NCBI RefSeq assembly: GCF_000341895.1
Contig: NC_020409.1
Span: forward strand, 2,100,001-2,132,000
Reading direction: 5' to 3'
Length of the DNA stretch: 32,000 bases
From: Pseudodesulfovibrio piezophilus C1TLV30
GTDB lineage: Bacteria > Desulfobacterota > Desulfovibrionia > Desulfovibrionales > Desulfovibrionaceae
Both the position numbers and the translations under genes were made by a program. The notes below the pieces were generated by a model, which saw nothing but the letters and a program-made list of their open reading frames with translations, ran no database searches and was not told the origin of the DNA. Below are positions 1 to 7,533 of the stretch, piece by piece. Numbering within the stretch: the stretch's first letter is position 1; every line of letters begins with the position of its first letter.

Positions 1-71
1 CTGCGCCTTCGATTTTTCAAGGGATAATGGCTCATCAACAACGTCATCCGACACAGAAACAGGAGAAAAGT

Positions 72-269
72 ATGCCCGTAGTCAAAGTCAAAGGCATGAG
101 CTGCCAGCACTGCGTCAAGTCCGTCACCGAAGCTCTGAAGGCACTGAAAGCCAAGGATATCTCCGTTGACCTGCTCTCCGGCGATGTCACATACGCCGAA
201 GAAACTCCCATCACGCCTGACGCGGTCAAGGAAGCAATCACCAAGATCGGTTTCGAAGTCGAAGCCTAG
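72..269 (+). CDS. copZ: Heavy-metal-associated (HMA) domain metallochaperone, CopZ-like
   Basis: The 65-aa product MPVVKVKGMSCQHCVKSVTEAL... carries the GMxCxxC metal-binding loop and has the usual CopZ/Atx1 length. AGGAG at 61-65 sits 6 nt before ATG 72, which favours this start over the ORF-track start at 27. Confidence 0.85.
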   Translation: MPVVKVKGMSCQHCVKSVTEALKALKAKDISVDLLSGDVTYAEETPITPDAVKEAITKIGFEVEA

Positions 270-297
270 TCCTTCTCAGGCCAATACAGCCTGACGC

Positions 298-347
298 AAA
301 AAGATCACAAACCACGTTTCGCAATGAACGAGGTTTGTGATCTTTTT
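298..347. terminator. Bidirectional hairpin between convergent genes
   Basis: Perfect 16-bp inverted repeat, aaaaagatcacaaacc (298-313) pairing with ggtttgtgatcttttt (332-347), with an 18-nt loop. A/T runs at both stem ends would give a U-tract on either strand. Confidence 0.6.
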
Positions 348-421
348 GCATCAGGTCCATGCCACCCTTTCTTTTTCAGCACAACTCAGGGGAACAAGAC
401 GGACGAGAGCTTTCGTCCCCA

Positions 422-646
422 TCACGAGGCATCCTTCATGGGCAATGGCCCAAGGCTACCATGCCTCTCTCCAGGCATCTCGGCATCGCTCATGGAACGA
501 AACGGCTTGAACAAATGCAGGCAGTCAGCCTGAATAGGACCATTCTCGATCAGACAGTCACTGCACATTTTGCCGCCTTCGGTCTCCATGAAAAAATCCG
601 TGTTGTCGATAACACGAAGACACTGATCACAAACATGCTTTTTCAT
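422..646 (-). CDS. Small Cys4 zinc-ribbon-like protein (74 aa), function unknown
   Basis: This is the 3-prime part of ORF 422..1012(-). The internal ATG at 646 is preceded by GGAGGA (revcomp of 655-660). The product MKKHVCDQCLRV...KMCSDCLIENG has a CxxC-x18-CxxC arrangement. The upstream part of the long ORF is antisense to the 798..1724 gene and was discarded. Confidence 0.45.
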   Translation of the reverse strand: MKKHVCDQCLRVIDNTDFFMETEGGKMCSDCLIENGPIQADCLHLFKPFRSMSDAEMPGERHGSLGPLPMKDAS

Positions 647-763
647 AGAATATTTCCTCCAGGTAAGCAGTGACAGAATAAGCCTGACACCTGAAGACAT
701 TACAAAATGCATGCCCTGCTCTCTCCTCAAAACCCTTTGATATGTTTTTTTACATTCAGACCA

Positions 764-790
764 TAAAGATTTTCCCCTGACGGACGATAA
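764..790 (+). promoter_or_regulatory. Sigma-28 (FliA)-type promoter candidate
   Basis: TAAAgatt (764-771), N11, GACGATAA (783-790), compared with the consensus TAAAGTTT-N11-GCCGATAA. The -35 core matches 4/4, the extended -35 matches 7/8, the -10 matches 7/8, and the spacing is exact. It points into the 798..1724 gene. Confidence 0.5.
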
Positions 791-797
791 GAAAAGC

Positions 798-1724
798 ATG
801 AGAATACAAGGCAGCCATATGAATCTCGGCTTCATGCAGGAGATGACAGTCAACAAGGCCCAGAGCGATGACTCCGGGACCGGCTCCGCTTTTGTGCTCA
901 ACACCACGGGCAACACCAAGGCAAGTGCCTCGGCCCAGATAGCCCAAGCCATCGGTCTCGATCCCGCCCAACTCGGCATGAAGACTGCCACCGAGACCAA
1001 GGCCGGAACCACGATCCAGCAGGATACCGCCTCGGCATCTCAGAGCCAGCCCATCACTTTGGGGACGGTTTTTGCTGATGAGGTCATCCGCCGTCTGGAA
1101 GAAAACGGCGCGACCAATGAGAGCGACGGACAGCCCAAGGATTCAGGCGATCTTCGAGATTCCCTTGCCCAAACCATGGACTGGATACGTGAGCGCTACG
1201 GGGATGAAACCGCTGCCGCTGCGTCCGGCATGATTCTTCAATCCACTTCTTCCGGCGTCAACGAAGAAACTCTCGGAGAGGGACTCCTCAACAGCCTCAA
1301 GCTCATTGACCGCAATTTCGGGATTGCCGCAGGCGATACGGCCATCGCCAATTTCAATCAGGGGATCAACAGCGAAATCAATGACTATTTCGACAACGGC
1401 AAGGCTGAGGTCTTCTATGCCTCCGAGACTTCGGCCGAAACCGCCGGGAGCAGCACCACTCAGAGTTTCAGCTCCCGATCCCTGGCTCGTACACTCGAAT
1501 CTTCTTCGGACACCGATGAAACTCTCAGCGTCTCCGAACAGCTCCTCGAAGACCTCCAGAACGAATTGGATGATGTCGCGGCTCTTCAAAACCTGACATC
1601 ACAACTCGAAGACCAGTTCAACCCGGCTGAATTCGTGACACAAAGCGCCACGCAGAACGCCATTTCCGCATATACCCAGCCGTCCGTCCCGGCCGAGCCT
1701 CAGTTTACGAACCTCGCGGTCTAG
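798..1724 (+). CDS. Hypothetical acidic, Ser/Thr/Gln/Asn-rich, Cys-free protein (about 300 aa)
   Basis: Long ORF with no TM segment, no signal peptide and no Cys. A central, probably helical core (DLRDSLAQTMDWIRERYG...LLNSLKLIDRNFG) is flanked by low-complexity S/T/A/E tracts. The start is uncertain: the sigma-28 -10 ends at 790, so ATG 798 would be near-leaderless. ATG 819 has AAGG at 807-810 and is the alternative. Confidence 0.65.
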   Translation: MRIQGSHMNLGFMQEMTVNKAQSDDSGTGSAFVLNTTGNTKASASAQIAQAIGLDPAQLGMKTATETKAGTTIQQDTASASQSQPITLGTVFADEVIRRLEENGATNESDGQPKDSGDLRDSLAQTMDWIRERYGDETAAAASGMILQSTSSGVNEETLGEGLLNSLKLIDRNFGIAAGDTAIANFNQGINSEINDYFDNGKAEVFYASETSAETAGSSTTQSFSSRSLARTLESSSDTDETLSVSEQLLEDLQNELDDVAALQNLTSQLEDQFNPAEFVTQSATQNAISAYTQPSVPAEPQFTNLAV

Positions 1725-1738
1725 CCAGGCTCCGTCCG

Positions 1739-1787
1739 CAGACAAAGGCAAGGCCGGTTCTATAAGAACCGGCCTTGCCTTTGTCTG
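1739..1787. terminator. Long perfect GC-rich hairpin between convergent genes (terminator-like, no U-tract)
   Basis: cagacaaaggcaaggccggttc (1739-1760) pairs with gaaccggccttgcctttgtctg (1766-1787) across the loop tataa, giving a stem of about 22 bp. It lies between the stop at 1724(+) and the dapF stop at 1847(-). Confidence 0.5.
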
Positions 1788-1846
1788 GAGCGCACAGTGT
1801 TTGTGAAAAAAAGGCCGCCCACAAGGACGGCCTAAAAAACTCTCTC

Positions 1847-2704
1847 TCAAAGAGCTTCAATCAATCCGAGAGGCCCAAGGTAGACTTCCCCTTTGAAAGT
1901 CAGTTCGGCCGCACCCTGCAAAAAAACATTGCCGTCCTCCAGAAAAACGGTCAGCACTTCACCACCTGTGGTCGTCAAATCAGCCCGACTCTCAGTCAGA
2001 CCGAGACTGTTGGCTACAAGTTGCGTGGCAGCGGCACCAGTACCGCAAGCATAGGTTTCAGCCTCAACACCCCGTTCATAGGTCCGCAAAAGCAGGGTAT
2101 TCTCATCCTTGACCTGAGCGAAATTGACATTGGTCCCTGCCGGAGCAAAAGACTCGTGGTAGCGAAGCTTCGGACCAAGATTCATGATATCGAGACTCTC
2201 GACATCATCAACAAAAACAACACAATGAGGCACGCCGGAATCCGCGAAATGCACTGTCAGTGGTTCTCCGTCGACCTCAAGCTTGATATTTGTCTTCAAT
2301 CCCTTGGGTGGCGTCAACTGCACCTTGACACGTCCGGCATCCGGCCCATGAACCAGAACCTGGGCCTTGATAGGACCGGCGTCGGTCCCGAAGACATGCT
2401 CAGCCGGGGCCAGCCCGATGGCATGGGCAAGCTTGCCCGCGCAGCGCGATGCATTGCCGCACATTTCTGCCCGTGAACCATCAGAATTGTAGAAATGCCA
2501 ACGGTAATCGAGGGAAGGATCATCTGATTCCTCCAAAAAGAACACCCCATCCGCCGAGATACCAAATGCACGGGCACAGAGTTTTTGGGCCCACATGTCC
2601 ATGACTTCCTGTCCGACTTTGGCTTCACGATTATCGATGACAACAAAATCATTGCCGCAGCCCTGCATCTTGTAAAAAGGAATGGATGTACCAAAAATAT
2701 TCAT
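1847..2704 (-). CDS. dapF: Diaminopimelate epimerase
   Basis: The N-terminus reads FYKMQGCGNDFVVIDNR. Both catalytic Cys motifs are present (EMCGNASRC and YACGTGAAA). The product is 285 aa. GGAG lies just upstream of ATG 2704 on the minus strand. Confidence 0.95.
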   Translation of the reverse strand: MNIFGTSIPFYKMQGCGNDFVVIDNREAKVGQEVMDMWAQKLCARAFGISADGVFFLEESDDPSLDYRWHFYNSDGSRAEMCGNASRCAGKLAHAIGLAPAEHVFGTDAGPIKAQVLVHGPDAGRVKVQLTPPKGLKTNIKLEVDGEPLTVHFADSGVPHCVVFVDDVESLDIMNLGPKLRYHESFAPAGTNVNFAQVKDENTLLLRTYERGVEAETYACGTGAAATQLVANSLGLTESRADLTTTGGEVLTVFLEDGNVFLQGAAELTFKGEVYLGPLGLIEAL

Positions 2705-2826
2705 TATTTTCTCCGGGATTTCTTTCTGTTTAGTCTGACTTCTAAGATATCGTCCAATTCCTTTTGGATATGGATGACGAAGAAAGTGTGCTGTCCAGAC
2801 CGAAAAAGGTCAAGGGAGTTGCGACG

Positions 2827-4089
2827 TCAACGAGAATCTCTGGAAGTCTGAAACCGAGCGAGAAACGTGCTTCGCCGCGCCTTGGTCATAACCCAAAAAG
2901 CGAGAAAACCGATGACCACAATCACCTGCCAATGAGACTGAAGGAGAACAGCCAGAATGCCGAGGCTGAGGATTCCAGCTATTCCCTTGGGCAAAGGGGA
3001 GGAAAAAATCCTGACGGCGGCCACGGTACAGAGAAGGGCGTTGGTCAGGAAAAAGCCATCTGCCACGGCAACAAGCATTGCCAAATCGAAAAAACCTGCC
3101 CCGACCATACAAAAAAGAAAAAGATGGATACAGGTATATCCCGTAATGACAACCCAGGGAATCCCGAAACAATTACGCCGATTCAGCACATCCGGCAGGC
3201 CGGTTTCCTGAGAGAGGTGGGCAACGAGTCTGGAGACTGCCCCGACAACGACAAGATAAGTGGTCATGCATAATCCGGCAGTCATGGCGGCATTGACCCA
3301 CGGCGCATATACCCCGAAAAGCGGATACAGGAGCGCAGCAACGCCATGCCCGGCCTCCACCGGGAATTGGCCGTATTGCAACCCTGCCGCTACAGCCATG
3401 AAGACCAGCCCGATGATACAGGCTGCCAGAATGGCGGCACGAGGCACTGTTCGGCGCGGATCAACAACTTCATCCCCATAATTACCGACAACTTCCCAAC
3501 CGACCACGGCCCAAAAAAGCAGTAGCATCGTATACCCCATGGTGCCGGAATCAAATTCCGGCAATGCAGTGGGAGCCTGACTGTGAAAAACAAGAACCAG
3601 TCCAGCTCCGGTCAAGAGTAAACCGGTCGCCGATGAAGCCAGAACCAAAGTGATCCGGCTCATGTTCCGCAGACCACTCAGGATCAGCCCGGCGCACACG
3701 ACCTGAATAATCCCTCCCGCCACAGCCTGGCCCAGTTCTGTCTGTGGAGCGATCTCCGGCGGCAGATACGTAACAATGGTCAGGACGACCGCAGCAGGAC
3801 CGAAGAACAACGCACAGATCAACGCATATGCCGAGAACTGTTTAGCCGCAGGACCAAAGGCATACTCGACAGCATTGGCGGCACCACCTTCTCCTGGTAG
3901 CAAAATACCGATCCTGGCAAAAACATATGCCAGTGCAATCCCGAAAAGACTGATAAGTGCCCAACCAACCAAGGCCCAATCTCCGGCAACAGCAATCGCC
4001 ATGGGAGGAAGCACAATGATCCCCGCTCCAAGGATAGAGCCTATCATCATGCAGCACAAAGAAAGTGTTCCAATTTTCCGTTGATTCAT
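2827..4089 (-). CDS. APC-superfamily amino acid/polyamine permease
   Basis: About 12 predicted TM segments. The N-terminus MNQRKIGTLSLCCMMIGSILGAGIIVLP matches the APC signature around TM1. Start taken at ATG 4089 (Met39 of the track ORF) because the upstream 38 aa are non-membrane and have poor context. Confidence 0.8.
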   Translation of the reverse strand: MNQRKIGTLSLCCMMIGSILGAGIIVLPPMAIAVAGDWALVGWALISLFGIALAYVFARIGILLPGEGGAANAVEYAFGPAAKQFSAYALICALFFGPAAVVLTIVTYLPPEIAPQTELGQAVAGGIIQVVCAGLILSGLRNMSRITLVLASSATGLLLTGAGLVLVFHSQAPTALPEFDSGTMGYTMLLLFWAVVGWEVVGNYGDEVVDPRRTVPRAAILAACIIGLVFMAVAAGLQYGQFPVEAGHGVAALLYPLFGVYAPWVNAAMTAGLCMTTYLVVVGAVSRLVAHLSQETGLPDVLNRRNCFGIPWVVITGYTCIHLFLFCMVGAGFFDLAMLVAVADGFFLTNALLCTVAAVRIFSSPLPKGIAGILSLGILAVLLQSHWQVIVVIGFLAFWVMTKARRSTFLARFQTSRDSR

Positions 4090-4201
4090 TCCTGATCTCT
4101 TTGGTTGATTTTTTACGACCTTCGTGGAATATGGTGGAAAAATCAAATTCATATATTTTGAAGATGCGTTCGGAAAAACAGAACGCTCGACGGAGTCAAC
4201 C

Positions 4202-5095
4202 ATGGATATACGAAGCTTGCGATGTTTTTTGGCCGTGGCTTTTGAAGGGAACCTGACGCGAGCTGCCGAATCACTCTTTCTGAGTCAGTCAGCCCTGAGC
4301 GGACAGATCAAGCAATTCGAGGAAGAGCTTGCATATCCCCTGTTTATTCGACAGGCACGGGGCATGGCCCTGACTGCCGAGGGTGAATCCCTGCTTCCTT
4401 ATGCACGCAGCGCTATCCAGGCCATGGAAGATTTCAAGGTCAGAGCCGAGTCCCTGCATAAAAGGGCAGCCAGCAATCTCACCGTGGGGCTGAATACCGA
4501 TCCCGCTTTTCTGCGAATGGGAGCATTGGCCCGCAATATGCGGGTGTCTGTCCCGGAAATGCAGCTCTCCTTTATTGTGTCCCAAAGCCGCCATACTGCG
4601 GAATCTCTGCGTTCAGGCGATATGGATATCGGCTTTCGCTTCGGCCAGTGGGGAGAAGAAGGTATTCACGACGAGTATATCGCTCCGGTTTCCCTTGCCA
4701 TTGCCATCCCCACAACCATGGCAGAGAGCCTCGAACCCGGCGATTGGCGCGGCCTTGCTGCCCTGCCATGGATATATACCTTTCGCGGCTGTCCCTTTCA
4801 CGTGGCCCTTCGTGAACGCATGTCCGCCTTTGGTGTGGAGCCGAACCCGGTCGAGCAGACCGTAGATGAAGGAATCATGCGTGAACTCGTGGCCGAGGGA
4901 GTCGGCGTGGCCATTCTCCGGGAAAACGATGCCAAGCGGCTGGAAAAGCATTCGCTCGCCGTGCTCTGGCCCGAACGGCTTCAAGTGCCGCTCTGCCTCT
5001 CGTACCCGGCAGGCAAGGGCTATGACTCTCCGCTGCGGGAATTTCGCGATGTCGTCCGAACCGTCTGGCAGGAGCCAATCTTGCTCAGTGCCTAG
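4202..5095 (+). CDS. LysR-family transcriptional regulator
   Basis: MDIRSLRCFLAVAFEGNLTRAAESLFLSQSALSGQIKQFEEELAYPLFIRQARGMALTAEG is a canonical LysR winged-HTH. It is followed by a substrate-binding domain of about 200 aa. The gene is divergent from the permease gene. Start at ATG 4202. Confidence 0.9.
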   Translation: MDIRSLRCFLAVAFEGNLTRAAESLFLSQSALSGQIKQFEEELAYPLFIRQARGMALTAEGESLLPYARSAIQAMEDFKVRAESLHKRAASNLTVGLNTDPAFLRMGALARNMRVSVPEMQLSFIVSQSRHTAESLRSGDMDIGFRFGQWGEEGIHDEYIAPVSLAIAIPTTMAESLEPGDWRGLAALPWIYTFRGCPFHVALRERMSAFGVEPNPVEQTVDEGIMRELVAEGVGVAILRENDAKRLEKHSLAVLWPERLQVPLCLSYPAGKGYDSPLREFRDVVRTVWQEPILLSA

Positions 5096-5143
5096 GTTGG
5101 GGGTGGCGGAGCACTGCCCACCCATGCTACCCGTACTTGCGTC

Positions 5144-5920
5144 ATGATCGTTCAAACAATCATATCCCCCTGCTGGCAGGCGTCCCCCTCCGCTCTTGCC
5201 TCGAGCGTAAGCCATCTGGAGAACCTGCTCCAACATGCTCCGGACGAAACAGAGCTTTTCTTCCGCGCCGATGATATCGGTGTGCCAAGCAAGAACTGCC
5301 GCCACATGTTGGCACTCTTTGCCCGGCATCACATCCCGCTACACCTGGCCGTGACCCCGGCCTGGCTTTCTGAAACGCGATGGCAGATCCTCAGGGAATG
5401 GGCCGGGAAAGAGGACTCTCTCTGGATTTGGCACCAACACGGCTGGCGACACCAGAACCATCAGAAGAGTGGGAAAAAAGGAGAATTCGGCCAGGACCGC
5501 TCCAGCGAAGCAAAGCAGGCCGACATCATCAAAGGTCGCGAAAAACTGATTGGACTGATGGGGACCGACTTCGCGCCAGTCTTTACCCCGCCGTGGAATC
5601 GATTCGACACGGTGACCGGAGGCATTCTCGCTGAAGCGGGCTATCGTGCGGTTTCCCGATCAGTCGGCGAAATGAAAAAAGTCCCCTTGCCTGCCTGCCT
5701 GCCTGATTATGCCATCAACGTGGACCTGCATACGCGCTCGGAAGCCCTCCCCCAAAATGGACTCCAGACCCTGCTCGATGAATTTCGTCTGGCAATGGAT
5801 TCCGGTCGAATAGGAATCATGCTGCACCACCAACGCATGAACGACGCCTCTTTTTCCTTTCTGGACAGTCTCTTGTCGCTCGCAAAAAAAATAAAACGAT
5901 TCAAATTGACAACTCTATAA
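5144..5920 (+). CDS. Polysaccharide deacetylase-like (NodB/CE4-like) protein
   Basis: Motifs appear in the NodB order: FRADDIG (Asp-Asp), WHQHGWRH (H-x3-H metal ligands), FTPPWNRFD (RPPxG-like). There is no obvious signal peptide. The family assignment rests on motif recognition only. Confidence 0.55.
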   Translation: MIVQTIISPCWQASPSALASSVSHLENLLQHAPDETELFFRADDIGVPSKNCRHMLALFARHHIPLHLAVTPAWLSETRWQILREWAGKEDSLWIWHQHGWRHQNHQKSGKKGEFGQDRSSEAKQADIIKGREKLIGLMGTDFAPVFTPPWNRFDTVTGGILAEAGYRAVSRSVGEMKKVPLPACLPDYAINVDLHTRSEALPQNGLQTLLDEFRLAMDSGRIGIMLHHQRMNDASFSFLDSLLSLAKKIKRFKLTTL

Positions 5921-5965
5921 GCTCTTACATGTAGGAAATATTCGCAGATTCCTCACGCGATTCCC

Positions 5966-5994
5966 TTGTCATGGCTGGCCCCCTCGCTTAGTAT
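5966..5994 (+). promoter_or_regulatory. Possible sigma-70-type promoter for the ABC operon
   Basis: TTGTCA (5966-5971), 17 nt, TAGTAT (5989-5994). If it is used, the transcript would start at or after the ATG at 5995, so the true start of the first gene could be GTG 6004 or ATG 6034/6037. This is a weak call. Confidence 0.25.
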
Positions 5995-6741
5995 ATGGAG
6001 AACGTGGAAATTCAACCGGTTAATCATGGGGGCATGATGGGATGGCATAGCCGAGAGCAAAAAGGACTCACAGAAAATCAGGAAGACCGCATAAAAAGGC
6101 TCATTACCCTGCCCTTTGCCAAATCGGTGGAGATCAGCTTCAAGAGTCTCAAGGTGCGTTTTTTTCGCTCCATGATCACCGTATCCAGCCTGGTTCTGGC
6201 TGTCTCCTTTCTGTCATTTGTTCTGGTCAATCTCGATATCGCCTCCGGCCTGCTTCGGGAAGGTGGCACCGATGCTGCCCGGTCACTGGCTCTGGCCGGG
6301 TATGACGTCAACCTTGCCCAGGGGCTGGTTGCCATGTCGGCGAAGGAACGGTGGATCATCATCCTTTCCCTGCTCGTCTGTACCGTTGGCATCATCAATG
6401 CCCAATTGATGTCGGTCACCGAACGGTTCTCAGAAATCGGAGTCATGAAATGCCTGGGTGCTCTGGACTCCATGATTCTCAAGCTTTTTCTGCTCGAAGC
6501 CGCCATGCAGGGAATATTCGGCGCGGCCATCGGAGCAGTGACAGGCTTTGTTTTCTCCCTGGTCACCGGGTTTTTCCGATTCGGCCCCATGGCCCTTTCC
6601 GGGTTGTCCCTGACGGACGCCCTCGGCTCCGTGGGATTGGCGACCCTCGGCGGCTGCAGCCTGAGTCTTATCGGCGTTCTCTATCCCGCACTTCTCGCAG
6701 CACGCATGGAACCAATCAACGCCATCCGCGCCGAGCACTGA
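5995..6741 (+). CDS. Minimal FtsX/MacB-type ABC permease (4 TM, very short periplasmic loop)
   Basis: TM1 is MITVSSLVLAVSFLSFVLVNL and only about 45 aa separate it from TM2. The FtsX core is ERFSEIGVMKCLGALDSMILKLFLLEAAMQGIFGAAIGAVTG. The C-terminus LYPALLAARMEPINAIRAEH is typical of the family. The start is uncertain (see the promoter note). Confidence 0.8.
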   Translation: MENVEIQPVNHGGMMGWHSREQKGLTENQEDRIKRLITLPFAKSVEISFKSLKVRFFRSMITVSSLVLAVSFLSFVLVNLDIASGLLREGGTDAARSLALAGYDVNLAQGLVAMSAKERWIIILSLLVCTVGIINAQLMSVTERFSEIGVMKCLGALDSMILKLFLLEAAMQGIFGAAIGAVTGFVFSLVTGFFRFGPMALSGLSLTDALGSVGLATLGGCSLSLIGVLYPALLAARMEPINAIRAEH

Positions 6742-6750
6742 GGATTTTAC

Positions 6751-7530
6751 ATGTCTGAACAAAAGAAAACAATCGTCCGAGTCATTGGCGTGAGGAAGAC
6801 TTTCACCATTGGCAAGCAGAAACTCCAGGCTCTCAAGGGAGTCGATCTTGAAATATTCTCCGGTGAATACATTTCCATCATGGGACCATCGGGGTCAGGG
6901 AAATCAACTCTTTTCAATATGATCGGCGGGCTGGACAAACCCACTGACGGCAAGGTGTTCATCGATGAAGTCGATATCTCGCAACTTGATGCCTATGAGC
7001 TGGCATGGCTCCGCAATCGCAAAATCGGATATATTTTCCAGACATTCAATCTGATTCCGGTCATGACCGCCCTTGAGAACGTGACTCTCCCCATGACCTT
7101 TGCCGGGATGAATAATGACGATGCCCAGGAAAAAGGCATCGAACTGCTCAAATTGGTCGGACTGGGGGAGCGTTTCCAGCACAAGCCGCTGGAACTGTCC
7201 GGCGGTCAGCAGCAACGCGTAGCCGTAGCCCGTTCCCTAGCCAATGACCCGGCCATCATCCTGGCAGACGAACCCACGGGAAATCTCGATCTGACTACAG
7301 GCGAAGAAATCATCGAACTGCTCCAGATGCTCTCCAGCGAGCGAGGCGTGACCGTCATTTCCGCAACCCACGATTACAAAATGCTCAACGTTTCCGATCG
7401 CGTGGTCTGGGTGCGGGATGGCATGGTGGACAGAGTGGAGAAAAGGGAAGAACTCGATATCTCCATTGGAGGCATAGGAGAAAAACTCACTGGACAGAAA
7501 AAGGAATCCCAGACCGGAGGGCACTCCTAA
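6751..7530 (+). CDS. ABC transporter ATP-binding protein (MacB/LolD/FtsE-like NBD)
   Basis: Walker A is GPSGSGKST, the signature is LSGGQQQRVAVARSL, and Walker B is ILADEPTGNLD. The gene starts 9 nt after the upstream permease and ends 3 nt before the giant gene. Confidence 0.95.
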   Translation: MSEQKKTIVRVIGVRKTFTIGKQKLQALKGVDLEIFSGEYISIMGPSGSGKSTLFNMIGGLDKPTDGKVFIDEVDISQLDAYELAWLRNRKIGYIFQTFNLIPVMTALENVTLPMTFAGMNNDDAQEKGIELLKLVGLGERFQHKPLELSGGQQQRVAVARSLANDPAIILADEPTGNLDLTTGEEIIELLQMLSSERGVTVISATHDYKMLNVSDRVVWVRDGMVDRVEKREELDISIGGIGEKLTGQKKESQTGGHS

Positions 7531-7533
7531 CCC

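Noticed and set aside
605-612. GTCGATAA, a sigma-28-like -10 element on the plus strand
   Set aside because: The required -35 position (586-589) reads ccat. The better-placed candidate at 764-790 explains the downstream gene.
647-1012. Upstream 122 codons of the 196-aa minus-strand ORF 422..1012
   Set aside because: This part is antisense to the 798..1724 gene and to its promoter. Only the 3-prime 225 nt, which have their own GGAGGA-ATG, were kept as a low-confidence CDS.
4613-5332. 239-aa minus-strand ORF
   Set aside because: It is antisense to the LysR regulator and to the start of the deacetylase-like gene. It spans their intergenic gap without any coding signal of its own.
6668-6675. 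TTATCGGC, a perfect sigma-28 -10 element (GCCGATAA) on the minus strand
   Set aside because: There is no TAAA at the -35 position (plus-strand 6691-6694 reads cttc). The site lies inside the FtsX coding region and no downstream minus-strand gene exists.
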